From a virus: 64,000 bases of DNA. This document shows positions 1 to 10,150 of the stretch, piece after piece. Location of the stretch: positions 1-64,000 of the IMG/VR virus record IMGVR_UViG_3300028423_001099. One strand, 5' to 3'. The position numbers and the translations under genes are program-made. A model generated the notes under the pieces. That model saw nothing but the letters and a program-made list of their open reading frames with translations, was not told the DNA's origin and ran no database searches. Within the stretch, counting starts at the first letter, position 1. Each line of letters begins with the position of its first letter.

Positions 1-44
1 CCTTGTTCTGGGGGTAGACTCATCATCGTATTATTCTCCTAGTT

Positions 45-212
45 TTACTGATTTAACCATTCGTCGAAACTCAGCAACGGTTCACCAGTAAAACGATCTG
101 TGCCATCACCTTCGTCTGATATCTGAACATAGCTTTTGTAGCGTTCTTCCAGTGTGCCGTTGTAGTACCAGTCAGCATAATCGCCGGCAGTGGTAAACTT
201 TAGATCATCCAT
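45..212 (-). CDS. small hypothetical protein (55 aa, MDDLKFTTAGDY...EWLNQ), not in ORF track
   Basis: Manually translated ATG 212 to TAA 45; GGAG upstream and sigma70-like promoter at 247-274. Confidence 0.65.
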   Translation of the reverse strand: MDDLKFTTAGDYADWYYNGTLEERYKSYVQISDEGDGTDRFTGEPLLSFDEWLNQ

Positions 213-246
213 GTGAGTGCGCTCCGTTTTCTGTTATAAAAAACTT

Positions 247-274
247 ATAATAGCATATCAATGCACAAAGTCAA
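247..274 (-). promoter_or_regulatory. sigma70-like early promoter
   Basis: TTGACT-N16-TATTAT with TG upstream of -10. Confidence 0.55.
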
Positions 275-296
275 TGGTTTTATTGTAGTTGAGTTT

Positions 297-512
297 TTAG
301 GTAATTGTGTAACCCTGTGAGTCAACATCTGCTCGTTCAGCGGCTTCTGCAAGTCGATCTAGGTCCCAGTAATGACCCAGTGTGCTAACTGCGGTCAACA
401 GCATTTCACGCATCTGTGCTGGTGTATAATGACCCTGCTCTAGATTGTTCATGAGATGCTGTCTGAGAGTAATAGCTTGATTTGCGCCGTACAAGGGTCT
501 GTCTTCGCACAT
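297..512 (-). CDS. hypothetical protein
   Basis: ORF; start reassigned to ATG 512 after AAGGAG. Confidence 0.6.
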   Translation of the reverse strand: MCEDRPLYGANQAITLRQHLMNNLEQGHYTPAQMREMLLTAVSTLGHYWDLDRLAEAAERADVDSQGYTIT

Positions 513-522
513 TTTGTTCTCC

Positions 523-1242
523 TTAGTCTGCAAACGCTCTTTCTAATAGGAATGATCCCATCTCACCCTGGTTGCCTTCTGTCCAGCCGCCGTCTGTGAA
601 CTGTTCACGAGTGATACGATTGAGCTCAGGCGAACCGCATACCATAATAGCATCCTGCTCAGGATCTAAACTATGACCCAGTGTAGGCTCAATGTACTGC
701 CAGAATCTGCCTGGTCGCTGATAGGATTCTCTGGTAACAGTTTCCACGTAGTGAAACCCTGGTATAAGCCCTTCCAGTTGTCTGAGATCTTCTAGGTAGC
801 TGAGTTCAGCAACTTCTCGCACTGTGTGATACAGGAACACCTGTGAGTACTTGTCATAGGTTTCTGGATCTCTCACGATACTCATGAAGGGTGCAATGCC
901 TGTGCCTGTGCTCAACAACACCAAGTTGGGTCTCTGCTCTAAGTAGTCAATGCATAGACTGCCTGTGGTCTTGGGTTTTACAAGAATCTCGTCGCCGACC
1001 TGAATATGCTGAAGTCTGCTGGTGAGAGGCCCGTCCGGAACCTTGATGCTGAGAAACTCCAGTTCTTCTTCATAGCAGGTGCTCACCATGCTGTAGGCAC
1101 GGAAGATGGGTCTAGGCTCTGCATCCAGTCCAATCAACGCAAACTCGCCGTTCTTGAAACGAAAGCCCTGGTCTCTGGTGGTGCGGAAACTGAACAACCG
1201 ATCGCTGTAGTGCTTGATAGATGTTACTGTTTCACGATTCAT
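523..1242 (-). CDS. fpr: ferredoxin/flavodoxin-NADP+ reductase
   Basis: RAYS FAD motif, DGPLTSRL, STGTGIAPF NADP motif, MVCGSP, C-terminal ERAF. Confidence 0.93.
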   Translation of the reverse strand: MNRETVTSIKHYSDRLFSFRTTRDQGFRFKNGEFALIGLDAEPRPIFRAYSMVSTCYEEELEFLSIKVPDGPLTSRLQHIQVGDEILVKPKTTGSLCIDYLEQRPNLVLLSTGTGIAPFMSIVRDPETYDKYSQVFLYHTVREVAELSYLEDLRQLEGLIPGFHYVETVTRESYQRPGRFWQYIEPTLGHSLDPEQDAIMVCGSPELNRITREQFTDGGWTEGNQGEMGSFLLERAFAD

Positions 1243-1688
1243 TATAGATCGCCCTCCTGTCTGTTCTCACTGTAGTGTACGTCAAACTTGCCTCCTGGGT
1301 ATCTATTTTCCAGCTTGCGTACATTTTCTTGGATAACATCATTTGGATCCAGATCTAGTGCACGACAGGCATTGATCCAGTACCAAATAATATCACCAAG
1401 TTCTCGCTTCATGTGAAAAACTGTGTCTTCATCCAGTGGCTTGCCCTGGAACAACAGTTTTTTGACAATCTCCTGCAGTTCACCTGTTTCGCTGCCTAGG
1501 CCAATGGCGCCACATAGCAACAGTGGCACATTGATGTCTGGTCCATGATGTAACTCACCGTCTACGCCATGTGCTTCACAGTTGGCATCGAGCCTATCTA
1601 GTCTGGCCATAAAGTCAGTGAGACTTTCGCTGTCACTGCTGGTTACTTCTCCGACAAATTCCTGATATTTTTTGAGATCTATTGACAT
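1242..1688 (-). CDS. MazG-like nucleoside triphosphate pyrophosphohydrolase
   Basis: ETGELQEIVKK...RELGDIIWY...NVRKLENRYP all-alpha NTP-PPase motif. Confidence 0.88.
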   Translation of the reverse strand: MSIDLKKYQEFVGEVTSSDSESLTDFMARLDRLDANCEAHGVDGELHHGPDINVPLLLCGAIGLGSETGELQEIVKKLLFQGKPLDEDTVFHMKRELGDIIWYWINACRALDLDPNDVIQENVRKLENRYPGGKFDVHYSENRQEGDL

Positions 1689-1749
1689 TTATTTTCCTCT
1701 GTGTGTTGTAGAGACCACAAGTGCGTGTTTGTTTTTACAGTTTGTTATG

Positions 1750-2124
1750 CTAGGTGTCCCAGCTCACAGTCTGTTCTTTGCCGCCGGCGATTTGTGTTGC
1801 ACCTTGATATTCGTGAACATCTGGAATATAGTATATCCATGCGGTGCCTGCTGTAGTTGCAATTTTTATTCTGTGATAAAAATCCGGATAACCTTCGATC
1901 TGATCAAGCACAGCAAAAGTTTCGTCGTCAACATTCCACACTTCACCTTGAATTTTGTTGTGCCCGGCCAAGCTGACAGCGGGAAATGCTCCTAGGTCGT
2001 AGAGGCTATATGTGGACTCAGCAGTGACAGCACGGTCAACAAGTTCAGCGTTTCCAAAGCGATCAAGCCCCCTGATGCTATTGCCTTTTTTCAGTGTGCC
2101 ATACACAAAAACTCTGTGGCTCAT
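1750..2124 (-). CDS. gamma-glutamylcyclotransferase family protein
   Basis: VFVYGTLKKG, GEVW, LDQIEGYPDFY motifs. Confidence 0.88.
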   Translation of the reverse strand: MSHRVFVYGTLKKGNSIRGLDRFGNAELVDRAVTAESTYSLYDLGAFPAVSLAGHNKIQGEVWNVDDETFAVLDQIEGYPDFYHRIKIATTAGTAWIYYIPDVHEYQGATQIAGGKEQTVSWDT

Positions 2125-2339
2125 TTGTTTAGCCTCTCTTCCAGTGCTCGAATTCGTTGATTCATCACAGTGAGCAATCGACTGCTGTCTGCGTCCAATG
2201 GCACTGCAGCACTGCTAACAGCCATATTTTCCAGTTCGTCGATTTTTTCATGCAGTTCTGCAATTTGCTGATCTTTTTCTTTGACAAGATTCAGCAACTC
2301 TGCTTTGGTCATCTGTGTGGTGCTTTTTTTCATGGTCAA
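2121..2339 (-). CDS. small coiled-coil hypothetical protein
   Basis: ORF coupled to downstream gene; heptad-like sequence. Confidence 0.6.
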   Translation of the reverse strand: MTMKKSTTQMTKAELLNLVKEKDQQIAELHEKIDELENMAVSSAAVPLDADSSRLLTVMNQRIRALEERLNK

Positions 2340-2363
2340 CAGAGAATCAGCGGTAGAAGTTTA

Positions 2364-2392
2364 ATTTTAGCATGTCACAATATAACTGTCAA
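2364..2392 (-). promoter_or_regulatory. sigma70-like early promoter
   Basis: TTGACA-N17-TAAAAT with TG extension. Confidence 0.7.
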
Positions 2393-2405
2393 ACAACAAG
2401 GTTGA

Positions 2406-3854
2406 TCAACCCACAGACCCTTCCAGTGAAACCTCCAGCAAGGCTTTGGCCTCCACAGCAAACTCCATGGGCAGTTCTTTGAAGACCTCTTTGCAGAAGC
2501 CGTCCACGATCATGCTTACTGCATCCTCTTCGCTCATGCCCCTAGACCGGCAGTAAAACAACTGGTCTTCGCCGATTCTGGATGTGGTGGCCTCATGCTC
2601 GATTTTGGATGTGGGGTTGGCGCTTTCAATATAAGGAAATGTGTTTGAACCGCAGGTCTTGCCAATCAACAAACTGTCGCACTGTGAAAAGTTCTTGATG
2701 CGATCTGCTTTTTTTGCTACCCGCACCAAGCCACGATAGCTGCTGTTGCTGTGGCCTGCACAAATACCTTTGGCAATGATTTTGCTCCGTGTATCCTTGC
2801 CCAAGTGAACCATTTTTGTACCGGTGTCCGCTTGCTGCATGTTATTGGTCAGTGCCACCGAATAAAACTCGCCTGTGCTGCGGTCACCGCGCAACATACA
2901 GCTGGGGTATTTCCAGGTGATAGCTGAACCTGTTTCCACCTGTGTCCAAGTGATCTTGCTGTCTGCCCCGCGGCAGTCGCCGCGCTTGGTCACAAAGTTA
3001 TAGATCCCACCTTTGCCGTTTTCATCACCCGGGTACCAGTTTTGGACGGTGGAGTATTTGATCTGTGCTTTTTCCAGCGCCACCAGCTCAACCACTGCTG
3101 CGTGCAGCTGGTTCTCATCGCGCATGGGCGCGGTGCACCCTTCCAAGTAGCTCACATAGGCATCATCTTCTGCAATGATCAGGGTGCGCTCAAACTGGCC
3201 TGTGTCACGAGCGTTGATGCGGAAGTAGGTGCTGAGCTCCATGGGACACACTGTGCCTTTGGGCACGTATACAAATGAGCCGTCTGAGAACACTGCTGAG
3301 TTGAGTGCTGCAAAATAGTTGTCTCTGTTGCTGATCACTGTGCCCAAATACTGCTTGACCAGTTCTGGGTGTTCCTGCACTGCTTCTGAGAAACTGCAGA
3401 ATATCACGCCCGCTTCTTCCAGCTCTTTTTGGAAGGTGGTGCCGACCGAGACCGAGTCAAAGACCGCATCCACAGCCACCCCAGCCAAACGCGCCCGCTC
3501 GTGCAGCGGCACACCCAGCTTATCGAAGGTCTCCAACAACTTTGGATCGACCTCGTCCAAGCTCTTGGGACGATTTTTTTGCTTCGGTGAGGCGTAGTAG
3601 TGAATGGCATCTAGGTCAATTTCAGGGATATCCAACAGTGCCCAGTCTGGCTGAGTCATTTTTAACCAGTGCCTGTATGATTCAAGTCGCCACTCTAACA
3701 GCCACTCAGGCTCATTTTTCTTGGCTGAGATCATAGCAATAACTTCTTCGTCGAGACCAGGACGAATCATGTCCGACTCGATGTCAGTCTCAAATCCTGC
3801 TGCATACTTGCTGTTGAGCTTGTTTTCTACTGCAATGTCGACGTCTTTGCTCAT
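2406..3854 (-). CDS. sufB: Fe-S cluster assembly scaffold SufB
   Basis: [49 protein letters not shown]-terminus. Confidence 0.97.
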   Translation of the reverse strand: MSKDVDIAVENKLNSKYAAGFETDIESDMIRPGLDEEVIAMISAKKNEPEWLLEWRLESYRHWLKMTQPDWALLDIPEIDLDAIHYYASPKQKNRPKSLDEVDPKLLETFDKLGVPLHERARLAGVAVDAVFDSVSVGTTFQKELEEAGVIFCSFSEAVQEHPELVKQYLGTVISNRDNYFAALNSAVFSDGSFVYVPKGTVCPMELSTYFRINARDTGQFERTLIIAEDDAYVSYLEGCTAPMRDENQLHAAVVELVALEKAQIKYSTVQNWYPGDENGKGGIYNFVTKRGDCRGADSKITWTQVETGSAITWKYPSCMLRGDRSTGEFYSVALTNNMQQADTGTKMVHLGKDTRSKIIAKGICAGHSNSSYRGLVRVAKKADRIKNFSQCDSLLIGKTCGSNTFPYIESANPTSKIEHEATTSRIGEDQLFYCRSRGMSEEDAVSMIVDGFCKEVFKELPMEFAVEAKALLEVSLEGSVG

Positions 3855-4441
3855 GCTTCTCCTTGTTTGAAATAGGCATTATCTGTGATGCTGTGGTCTG
3901 TGACATCTTCTAATCCAGCAAGTTCTGGAACACCTGCAAGAAGCTCTTTTTCCACAGCAAATTTCATTGTGAGAGGCACTGCTGCGCAACCCTGGCACCC
4001 TCCGCCAAATGTGAGAACAGCAATATTTTCGTCTGTTACACGTATGAGATTTGCTTCTCCGCCGTGCATGGCCAACTTGGGGTTTACTGTGGTCCACAGA
4101 ACATAGTTTACACGATCTTCGATGGTAGCATCTTCAGGCAAGTTGGGTGTTTTGCTGTTGGGTGCTTTGATGGTGAGTTGTCCTCCCATGCGACTCTGGT
4201 CATAGTTGATTTCAGCATCTTCTAAAAAAGGTTCACTTTTGTTTTCGATGTATGCTGTCAGCTCACCAAACTTTTTCATGGTGTTCTCTGTGAGATCCGG
4301 CTCTTCTCGACAATAACTTAGAGTTGTTTCTGCTTTGGGTGTGCCTGGATTATTCACAAAAATATAAACACCCAGCACGGATTCCTGCTTGCTCAGCAGC
4401 TCCAATAGGTATTCTTGCGCTGATTCTGTTATGTTAATCAT
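3851..4441 (-). CDS. nfuA: Fe-S carrier NfuA (degenerate A-type domain + Nfu domain)
   Basis: [34 protein letters not shown]. Confidence 0.93.
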   Translation of the reverse strand: MINITESAQEYLLELLSKQESVLGVYIFVNNPGTPKAETTLSYCREEPDLTENTMKKFGELTAYIENKSEPFLEDAEINYDQSRMGGQLTIKAPNSKTPNLPEDATIEDRVNYVLWTTVNPKLAMHGGEANLIRVTDENIAVLTFGGGCQGCAAVPLTMKFAVEKELLAGVPELAGLEDVTDHSITDNAYFKQGEA

Positions 4442-4901
4442 GTGTATCCTCGGTTATTTGTGATACAATTATACCGCATTTTTCCAAAAAATGCAAGCCT
4501 GCCTGCGACTTATACTTATCACGATAGTACACAGCAGTGATGCCACTCTGGTGTATGAGCTTGGCACAGTCCAAGCAGGGTGCATGTGTGCAGAACAAGA
4601 TGGCACCTGTACTGCTCTCTGAACCCTGTGCCACTTTGGCAATCGCGTTGGTTTCTGCATGCAAAACTTCTGGCTTGGTTATCAGCTGTGCCGGCGTAAC
4701 AGTTCTAGTGTCTGCATCAATTTCTTCGGGCAGATCGTGCTCACATGCATTGTCCCAGCCGTGCGGTGTGCCATTCCAGCCAAATGCTAGAATGTTATCG
4801 TTTTTAACAATCAAGCAGCCAACTTGAAGCCTTTTTGCTGATGATATTTGAGCTATGCGATCACATAAGCCTATGTATAATGTTAACATTTTGCTCTTCA
4901 T
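4434..4901 (-). CDS. dCMP deaminase
   Basis: GWNGTP, HAETNAI, PCLDC zinc motifs. Confidence 0.92.
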   Translation of the reverse strand: MKSKMLTLYIGLCDRIAQISSAKRLQVGCLIVKNDNILAFGWNGTPHGWDNACEHDLPEEIDADTRTVTPAQLITKPEVLHAETNAIAKVAQGSESSTGAILFCTHAPCLDCAKLIHQSGITAVYYRDKYKSQAGLHFLEKCGIIVSQITEDTHD

Positions 4902-5611
4902 TGTTCTATTACCAGCATGCCCTGTAGGCTAGGCTGAAGGGGAGCAGCATATCTAGCCATTATGTTATCCTGCTGGAGTCTCTGCTTGAGCCATTCAATG
5001 TTGTAGTATGCAATCAAAAAATCACTGTCTCGGGGTATATCACTGCTGTTATACACCACAGTGTCGTTGTCCACAAAATACAGCACATCCTTGGGATTCT
5101 GCAGCACAGAAAAATCCACAGCAGACCCGTAGTCTTCTGTTCTTTTACGATGTATTAACCTTAGAAAATCTTCTGTGATCACAGATGTGCACACAACACC
5201 ACCGGGCTTGACAACTCGTGACATCTCTTTTAGGTCAAACAGATAGTCTTCAAAACTGGAATGTGTATTCACACTATGTGAAAACACAATGTCCACTGAG
5301 TCATCTTTCAGGGGAAAGGGAATAAATTTTTCTCCTGTGATGTTATACACAGGATTGAACCTGTTATAGTGTACAGCCTCAGCATCAGGAAACATATCTT
5401 GAAAATAATCCAAGGACTCTTTGTCAACATCCATGTTGATATAGCTAGAGAGCTCTAGGTTTCTGTTGGTAATGTCTGCTAGCAGATTACCACGATTACC
5501 ACCATAGTCTAGAATGACTTTGTCCGAAACATCGATGCCGGGCACGCTAAAGCACAGTTGTCTCAATCCTAGGCCGTTGGCCCTCGGTACAACTCGTGAC
5601 ATTGTTTTCAA
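4898..5611 (-). CDS. class I SAM-dependent methyltransferase
   Basis: ILDYGGNRG motif I, DSVDIVFSHSV, RVVKPGG. Confidence 0.8.
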   Translation of the reverse strand: MKTMSRVVPRANGLGLRQLCFSVPGIDVSDKVILDYGGNRGNLLADITNRNLELSSYINMDVDKESLDYFQDMFPDAEAVHYNRFNPVYNITGEKFIPFPLKDDSVDIVFSHSVNTHSSFEDYLFDLKEMSRVVKPGGVVCTSVITEDFLRLIHRKRTEDYGSAVDFSVLQNPKDVLYFVDNDTVVYNSSDIPRDSDFLIAYYNIEWLKQRLQQDNIMARYAAPLQPSLQGMLVIEQ

Positions 5612-6771
5612 TACCAGCCGTAGGAGAAGTTGGTGCTGTGTTCAATGCCCAGCGTCTCGTTGGGGTTGGTGTTTTCACCAAAGAACCCCATAATGCGTTC
5701 AATGTGGGCAATATCTTCAGCAGATCTAACACTGCATAATTCGTTAGCAAAGTGCAGTTCTACATTGTGGTCAACAGCCAATTCCAGCATGTAGCGTCTG
5801 CGTCGTGGATCTTCTGGAAGGCACAGCAAGCTGCACAGCACAATACCGCCCACGTTATAACCGCTGATATATTTTTCTAGGCCGGGTTGCCAATCCAAGA
5901 ACTCATTTTCAAACTGATAGTCATTGATGCGAATGCCGTGCTTGTCACAGTACTGATCAATGATAGCGCGTTGCATGGGCAGCGGAATCGGGTTGCTGAA
6001 CTTGCTGTTCCAGCCAGCATATGTGATCCATGTCTTGCTGGTATCAATGGCTCTTTGATCTTCTCTTTCCTCTGGAAAGCGGAAATAACCTCCGGGCAGT
6101 TTTCTACCATAGCTGCCCCCTTTGACCAGCACCCGGCCATCCATGCTCCAGCGTGTGATGTCTGTTTCATTGTTGAAGTTGCCGTGAATGTGATGTTGCT
6201 GGAACAGGTGTGCTTGGCCAGGCTCCAGTTCCACAGGCCAACAGTGTTTGGCACATTCTGCTTGCAGTTCGTCATAGCTGAGATGCTCGTTGTAGGTCTT
6301 CTGTGTGAGCTTTGTGCTCTTGTCCCAGTCCATGATCCACATGGTATTGGAATCGTAGCATCGAGTAAACGGTGTCCACAGTGTGCGCAAACCCAGGCCG
6401 TTGCCAACCCAGATGCCTTGATGGAATGCCAAGAGTCGACCTGCTTTCTCTTGATTAGGAATCACAATGCGAATTGTGAAAAAACGCTGAATCATCCAAT
6501 CCTCACCACCAACTAGATCTGGAATATGCTCACCATAGTAAGCATCTGCTCTCTTTTGAAATTCTTCTGTGTCACAGGCCTTTTGGCAGTGACGCCCCAA
6601 TTGTGAAATTTCCTGTGGAGTCAAGATCTTGTGAATGGTTTCCAGACTGTCGATCTGCGGAAACAATTCCTGTGCTACACCCAGCCAATACGCTGGCCAG
6701 TTGTGTTTTTCTAGATCATAGTTGAGAGTTTGGTTGTCCCAGCGTGAATCAAGAGCATTGGGGTTTTGCAT
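5608..6771 (-). CDS. putative 2OG-Fe(II) oxygenase-like domain fused to a C-terminal domain of the sporadic carbohydrate cluster type
   Basis: FHQG...WTPFT...HIHGN...TRWSMDGR double-stranded beta-helix pattern; start reassigned to MQNPN after AGGA. Confidence 0.55.
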   Translation of the reverse strand: MQNPNALDSRWDNQTLNYDLEKHNWPAYWLGVAQELFPQIDSLETIHKILTPQEISQLGRHCQKACDTEEFQKRADAYYGEHIPDLVGGEDWMIQRFFTIRIVIPNQEKAGRLLAFHQGIWVGNGLGLRTLWTPFTRCYDSNTMWIMDWDKSTKLTQKTYNEHLSYDELQAECAKHCWPVELEPGQAHLFQQHHIHGNFNNETDITRWSMDGRVLVKGGSYGRKLPGGYFRFPEEREDQRAIDTSKTWITYAGWNSKFSNPIPLPMQRAIIDQYCDKHGIRINDYQFENEFLDWQPGLEKYISGYNVGGIVLCSLLCLPEDPRRRRYMLELAVDHNVELHFANELCSVRSAEDIAHIERIMGFFGENTNPNETLGIEHSTNFSYGWY

Positions 6772-6838
6772 GGCGTGTCCTATTTCTGTGTTTTGCCTGT
6801 AAATGCACATGATATTTATAGAGCTATTAAATATCTGT

Positions 6839-7300
6839 GTGAAGATTCAGAAAATCACATTCGACGAGATACTTGTGCCTTGGCGCACACACCTATGGCC
6901 CGATCGACACAGTGCCATTGAGACTCACAGTGCCATGACTTGGCCGTTTGAGGCCGATCCTGAGCCTATCGACATGAGCATATTTGACTATGAACCCACA
7001 TTCTGGGGCGTGATCATCAACAACAATCTCGTTGGCGTCAATAGCGGACATCGCACCTGTGACATGCACTATCGCAGTCGCGGCCTGTGGGTAGATCCAG
7101 AGTACCGGGGCAAAGGTCTTGCACAACTGCTGTTCACAGTCACACACTGGCAAGCTCGGCAAGAAAAGTGCGAAATGGTCTGGAGTATGCCTAGGCAGAG
7201 TGCACTGAAAAGTTATATCGGTTTTGGTTTTGAGACTGTGGCAGGTTTCTTTGGCACTGAGACCTCAGACAGCAACATCTATGTGAAATTACTGCTGTGA
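6839..7300 (+). CDS. GNAT family N-acetyltransferase
   Basis: RGLWVDPEYRGKGLAQLL motif A; GTG start 5 nt after TAAATA. Confidence 0.8.
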   Translation: MKIQKITFDEILVPWRTHLWPDRHSAIETHSAMTWPFEADPEPIDMSIFDYEPTFWGVIINNNLVGVNSGHRTCDMHYRSRGLWVDPEYRGKGLAQLLFTVTHWQARQEKCEMVWSMPRQSALKSYIGFGFETVAGFFGTETSDSNIYVKLLL

Positions 7301-7846
7301 CTGAGATTGCTGCTCTTGCTGTGCCTGGTGTGCAGTTTCTAGATACTTGATCATGGTTTCCGCATCACTGGTAACAAAAGGATCCTCTTCGGCATTGTCT
7401 GACATGCCCGGCTCAGCAAACAGTGCTTCCACCATGCCGTCCCTCACACACATACTGTAACGCCAGCTGCGCATGCCCATGCCATAATTGCTTTTGTCTA
7501 CCAGGAAACCCATTTTGCGTGTGAACTCGCCTGACCCGTCTGGCAAAGATTTCACGTGTGTGACACCCTGTGACCCAAGCCAAGCATTCATGGTATAGCT
7601 GTCATTGACACTGAGGCAGTAGATATCATCAATGCCATAGTCAGAGATTCGAGCATGTGCTGCTTCATAGCCAGGCAGATGATTGCTGGTACATGTGGGA
7701 GTATAACAGCCAGGCACAGCAAATATCACCACTCTACGATTAGCAAATACGTCTCTGCTGGTGAGCTTGCGCCATTCGTAGCCCGGTGCTTGTGAAATCT
7801 GTGCCCTAACGTGAAACGTAACTTCTGGTACTCTGATATAAAACAT
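7289..7846 (-). CDS. peroxiredoxin (Prx5-like)
   Basis: PGCYTPTCTSNHLPGY, SVND, PDGSGEFT, RSWRYSM. Confidence 0.92.
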   Translation of the reverse strand: MFYIRVPEVTFHVRAQISQAPGYEWRKLTSRDVFANRRVVIFAVPGCYTPTCTSNHLPGYEAAHARISDYGIDDIYCLSVNDSYTMNAWLGSQGVTHVKSLPDGSGEFTRKMGFLVDKSNYGMGMRSWRYSMCVRDGMVEALFAEPGMSDNAEEDPFVTSDAETMIKYLETAHQAQQEQQSQSQQ

Positions 7847-7866
7847 CGGTTTCTCCTGTGTGGTAT

Positions 7867-9081
7867 TTACTCAAGCATTCTCAGCACACGATGTAAATCT
7901 GATACCAATGTTTCACAGTCTTCCTGACTGTTATAGGGTGCTATGCTGATTCTCACAACACCACGGTTGCTGAGCTTGTCTACATAAGGGTGTGCACACA
8001 GTTTGCCCGATCTCACAGCACTGTTGGTGTTTGACAACAATGCTGCCACATCACTGCTATGTCCTGATCTAGGCACAAAACTGTAAATAGTGCGCCTGTG
8101 TGGCCAGTGGTCGCTTCTATCGCTTGAACCCAAGATCCAATCCACAGGCAACTCATTGATGCCAGCCTCAAACAACCAATCATTCACACAGTCCTCTATA
8201 TATCTGATGCGATCATAACCTTCGTAGTCGATGAGATCAGCAGCGGCGCCAAAACCAATAATGCCTGCTGTGTTGGGCGTGCCCGGTTCATGTTTGTATA
8301 CACCCGGCAAGAACTTGACATCATCAAAACTTACGTGCTCTACTGCACCTCCTCCGTACTGCATGGCTTTGAGCTCAGTGAAATCAAACGCACTGTAGAG
8401 TGCACCTATGCCTGTGGGGCCATACATCTTGTGCGCACTGAATACGGCCCACTCAACTTCGTTTTCTGTGAGATCGATTTGATCATGTGCCACAGTCTGA
8501 CAGAAATCCATGCACACACTGTGGTTGTGATAGTGTGCCATCTTGGCCAACAGTTCCCAGGGCTGTGTGATGCCTGTGACATTGCTGGTGCCTATGATGC
8601 TGACCAGACTGCGTGGCTCACACTCTGAAAATATGTCATCGGCTGCTGTGACGTCAATTTCGCCGGTGTATGGCTCCATGGGCAATACTCTGAGACGACC
8701 GTTTTCCACGGTGCGACCTTGCTGTAGCCAGGGCACAATGTTGGCATGATGTTCTGCTTCGCTGATAATAACTGTGGGTGCATTGCGATGCCACTCTGCA
8801 ATCCAGTTTAGGCCCTGCGTGGTGCCTGAGGTAAACAATATCTGTGAAGGATTAACTTTGATGAGTTCAGCAACGGCACTTCTCGCCTGATAGGTGCAAT
8901 GATCTGTTTGTGCAGCAATTTCGTACTCACCGCGTGCCGGCGAACTGCGATAGGTTGTATAGTATTGTTGCATAGCATCAAGCACATATTGATGGGTTTG
9001 GCTGGTGGCTGCGCTATCAAAATACGCTAGCTCTGGATTGTTCCACAGTGTGGGAAAATGCTCCTTGCCAAAAATCATCAC
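7867..9081 (-). CDS. sufS: cysteine desulfurase, SufS/CsdA group II (class V PLP)
   Basis: YFDSAATSQ, EHHANIVPW, FSAHKMYGPTGIG, EPGTPN, RSGKLCA. Confidence 0.88.
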   Translation of the reverse strand: MMIFGKEHFPTLWNNPELAYFDSAATSQTHQYVLDAMQQYYTTYRSSPARGEYEIAAQTDHCTYQARSAVAELIKVNPSQILFTSGTTQGLNWIAEWHRNAPTVIISEAEHHANIVPWLQQGRTVENGRLRVLPMEPYTGEIDVTAADDIFSECEPRSLVSIIGTSNVTGITQPWELLAKMAHYHNHSVCMDFCQTVAHDQIDLTENEVEWAVFSAHKMYGPTGIGALYSAFDFTELKAMQYGGGAVEHVSFDDVKFLPGVYKHEPGTPNTAGIIGFGAAADLIDYEGYDRIRYIEDCVNDWLFEAGINELPVDWILGSSDRSDHWPHRRTIYSFVPRSGHSSDVAALLSNTNSAVRSGKLCAHPYVDKLSNRGVVRISIAPYNSQEDCETLVSDLHRVLRMLE

Positions 9082-9545
9082 ATTGGCTCACAGAGTATTT
9101 CGAGTGGGTGTCCGCTGTGCTGGCATGCAAGCACAGCTTCGTGAGTTTTTTGCTCAGCAATCTCTCTGCTGTAGGTGCCTACCACTGCACTGCCTTCGTT
9201 GTGAATTGCCATGGTGATTTCTTGTGCTTGATCTATGTTTTTGTTGAAAATTTCCACCAACAACTGAATCACAAAATCCATGGGAGTGTAGTCGTCATTG
9301 AGAAATATCACATTGTAGCGTTTGGGATATGTGATCTCAGTGTCTGTGCGACTCTGTGTTTGTGTCTGTGAACCATTCACTGTGTGCACGTGAGATTGCT
9401 CATCGGCCATGCTGGCCAATATCTGCACCACAAGGTTGCTGAGTTCATCGTCACTGAGTCCGGCAATTTCTTCAGGAGTAAAAATACTGTTCAAGTTGAT
9501 GTGAACAGCACCCGATCTTGAATTTTTGGGATTTTGGTCGCTCAT
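9078..9545 (-). CDS. clpS: ATP-dependent Clp protease adaptor ClpS with N-terminal extension
   Basis: YNVIFLNDDYTPMDFV, IHNEGSAVVG, EIAEQK. Confidence 0.9.
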   Translation of the reverse strand: MSDQNPKNSRSGAVHINLNSIFTPEEIAGLSDDELSNLVVQILASMADEQSHVHTVNGSQTQTQSRTDTEITYPKRYNVIFLNDDYTPMDFVIQLLVEIFNKNIDQAQEITMAIHNEGSAVVGTYSREIAEQKTHEAVLACQHSGHPLEILCEPM

Positions 9546-9573
9546 GATATTTCCTGTCTGTGTATGTGAAAAT

Positions 9574-9599
9574 GTTGTGGGGAGATGTCTCCCCACAAC
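9574..9599 (-). terminator. intrinsic terminator-like hairpin after hsp20
   Basis: Inverted repeat GTTGTGGGGAGA/TCTCCCCACAAC followed by ATTTT on minus strand. Confidence 0.65.
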
Positions 9600-9607
9600 T
9601 ATGCGGT

Positions 9608-10078
9608 TTACTTGCTGTTGATGGCAATCTGCTTGGGCTTGTGCTCCTCAGGAATAATTTGCACAAGTGTGATCCGCAGTAGCCCATCTTTCAACTCTGC
9701 ACCTGTGACTTCCACATTTTCAGCCAACTGAAATGTACGACTGAAATTGCGTTCTGCAATGCCTTTGTGAATGTATTCCACAGTGGTATCCACGTCTTCG
9801 GCCAATGCAGCACTTTTGCCTTCTACTAGCAACTGATTTTTCTCCACAGTTACAGTGATATCTTCATCACGAAAACCGGCCACTGCTAGTGTGACTTCAT
9901 ACTTGACATTGTCATCGGTGTCTGTGATGCGAGCCACGTTGTAGGGCGGATAACCCGAAGTAGTAGAAAAAGTGGGGTTTTCCAACATATCGTTGAATAG
10001 TTGATCAAATCCCACACTCATTTTGTACAGTGGGGAGTTGAACAGGTCAGATGTAACACGTAGTTGTTTGCTTGTCAT
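9608..10078 (-). CDS. small heat shock protein Hsp20 (IbpA-like)
   Basis: GFDQLF, GYPPYN, LAVAGF, YIHKGIAERNFSRTFQL, DGLLRI. Confidence 0.95.
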   Translation of the reverse strand: MTSKQLRVTSDLFNSPLYKMSVGFDQLFNDMLENPTFSTTSGYPPYNVARITDTDDNVKYEVTLAVAGFRDEDITVTVEKNQLLVEGKSAALAEDVDTTVEYIHKGIAERNFSRTFQLAENVEVTGAELKDGLLRITLVQIIPEEHKPKQIAINSK

Positions 10079-10145
10079 TGTTTATCTCCTTTGTTAAGCA
10101 AGATTGTTGTGCAACCCTAACACCCTATCGGCGTGCCTGTGTTGC
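10079..10145 (-). promoter_or_regulatory. ROSE-like RNA thermometer in hsp20 5' UTR
   Basis: AUCUUGCUU-AACA-AAGGAGAU hairpin sequesters the SD with a bulged G; second upstream hairpin. Confidence 0.7.
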
Positions 10146-10150
10146 ATGAG

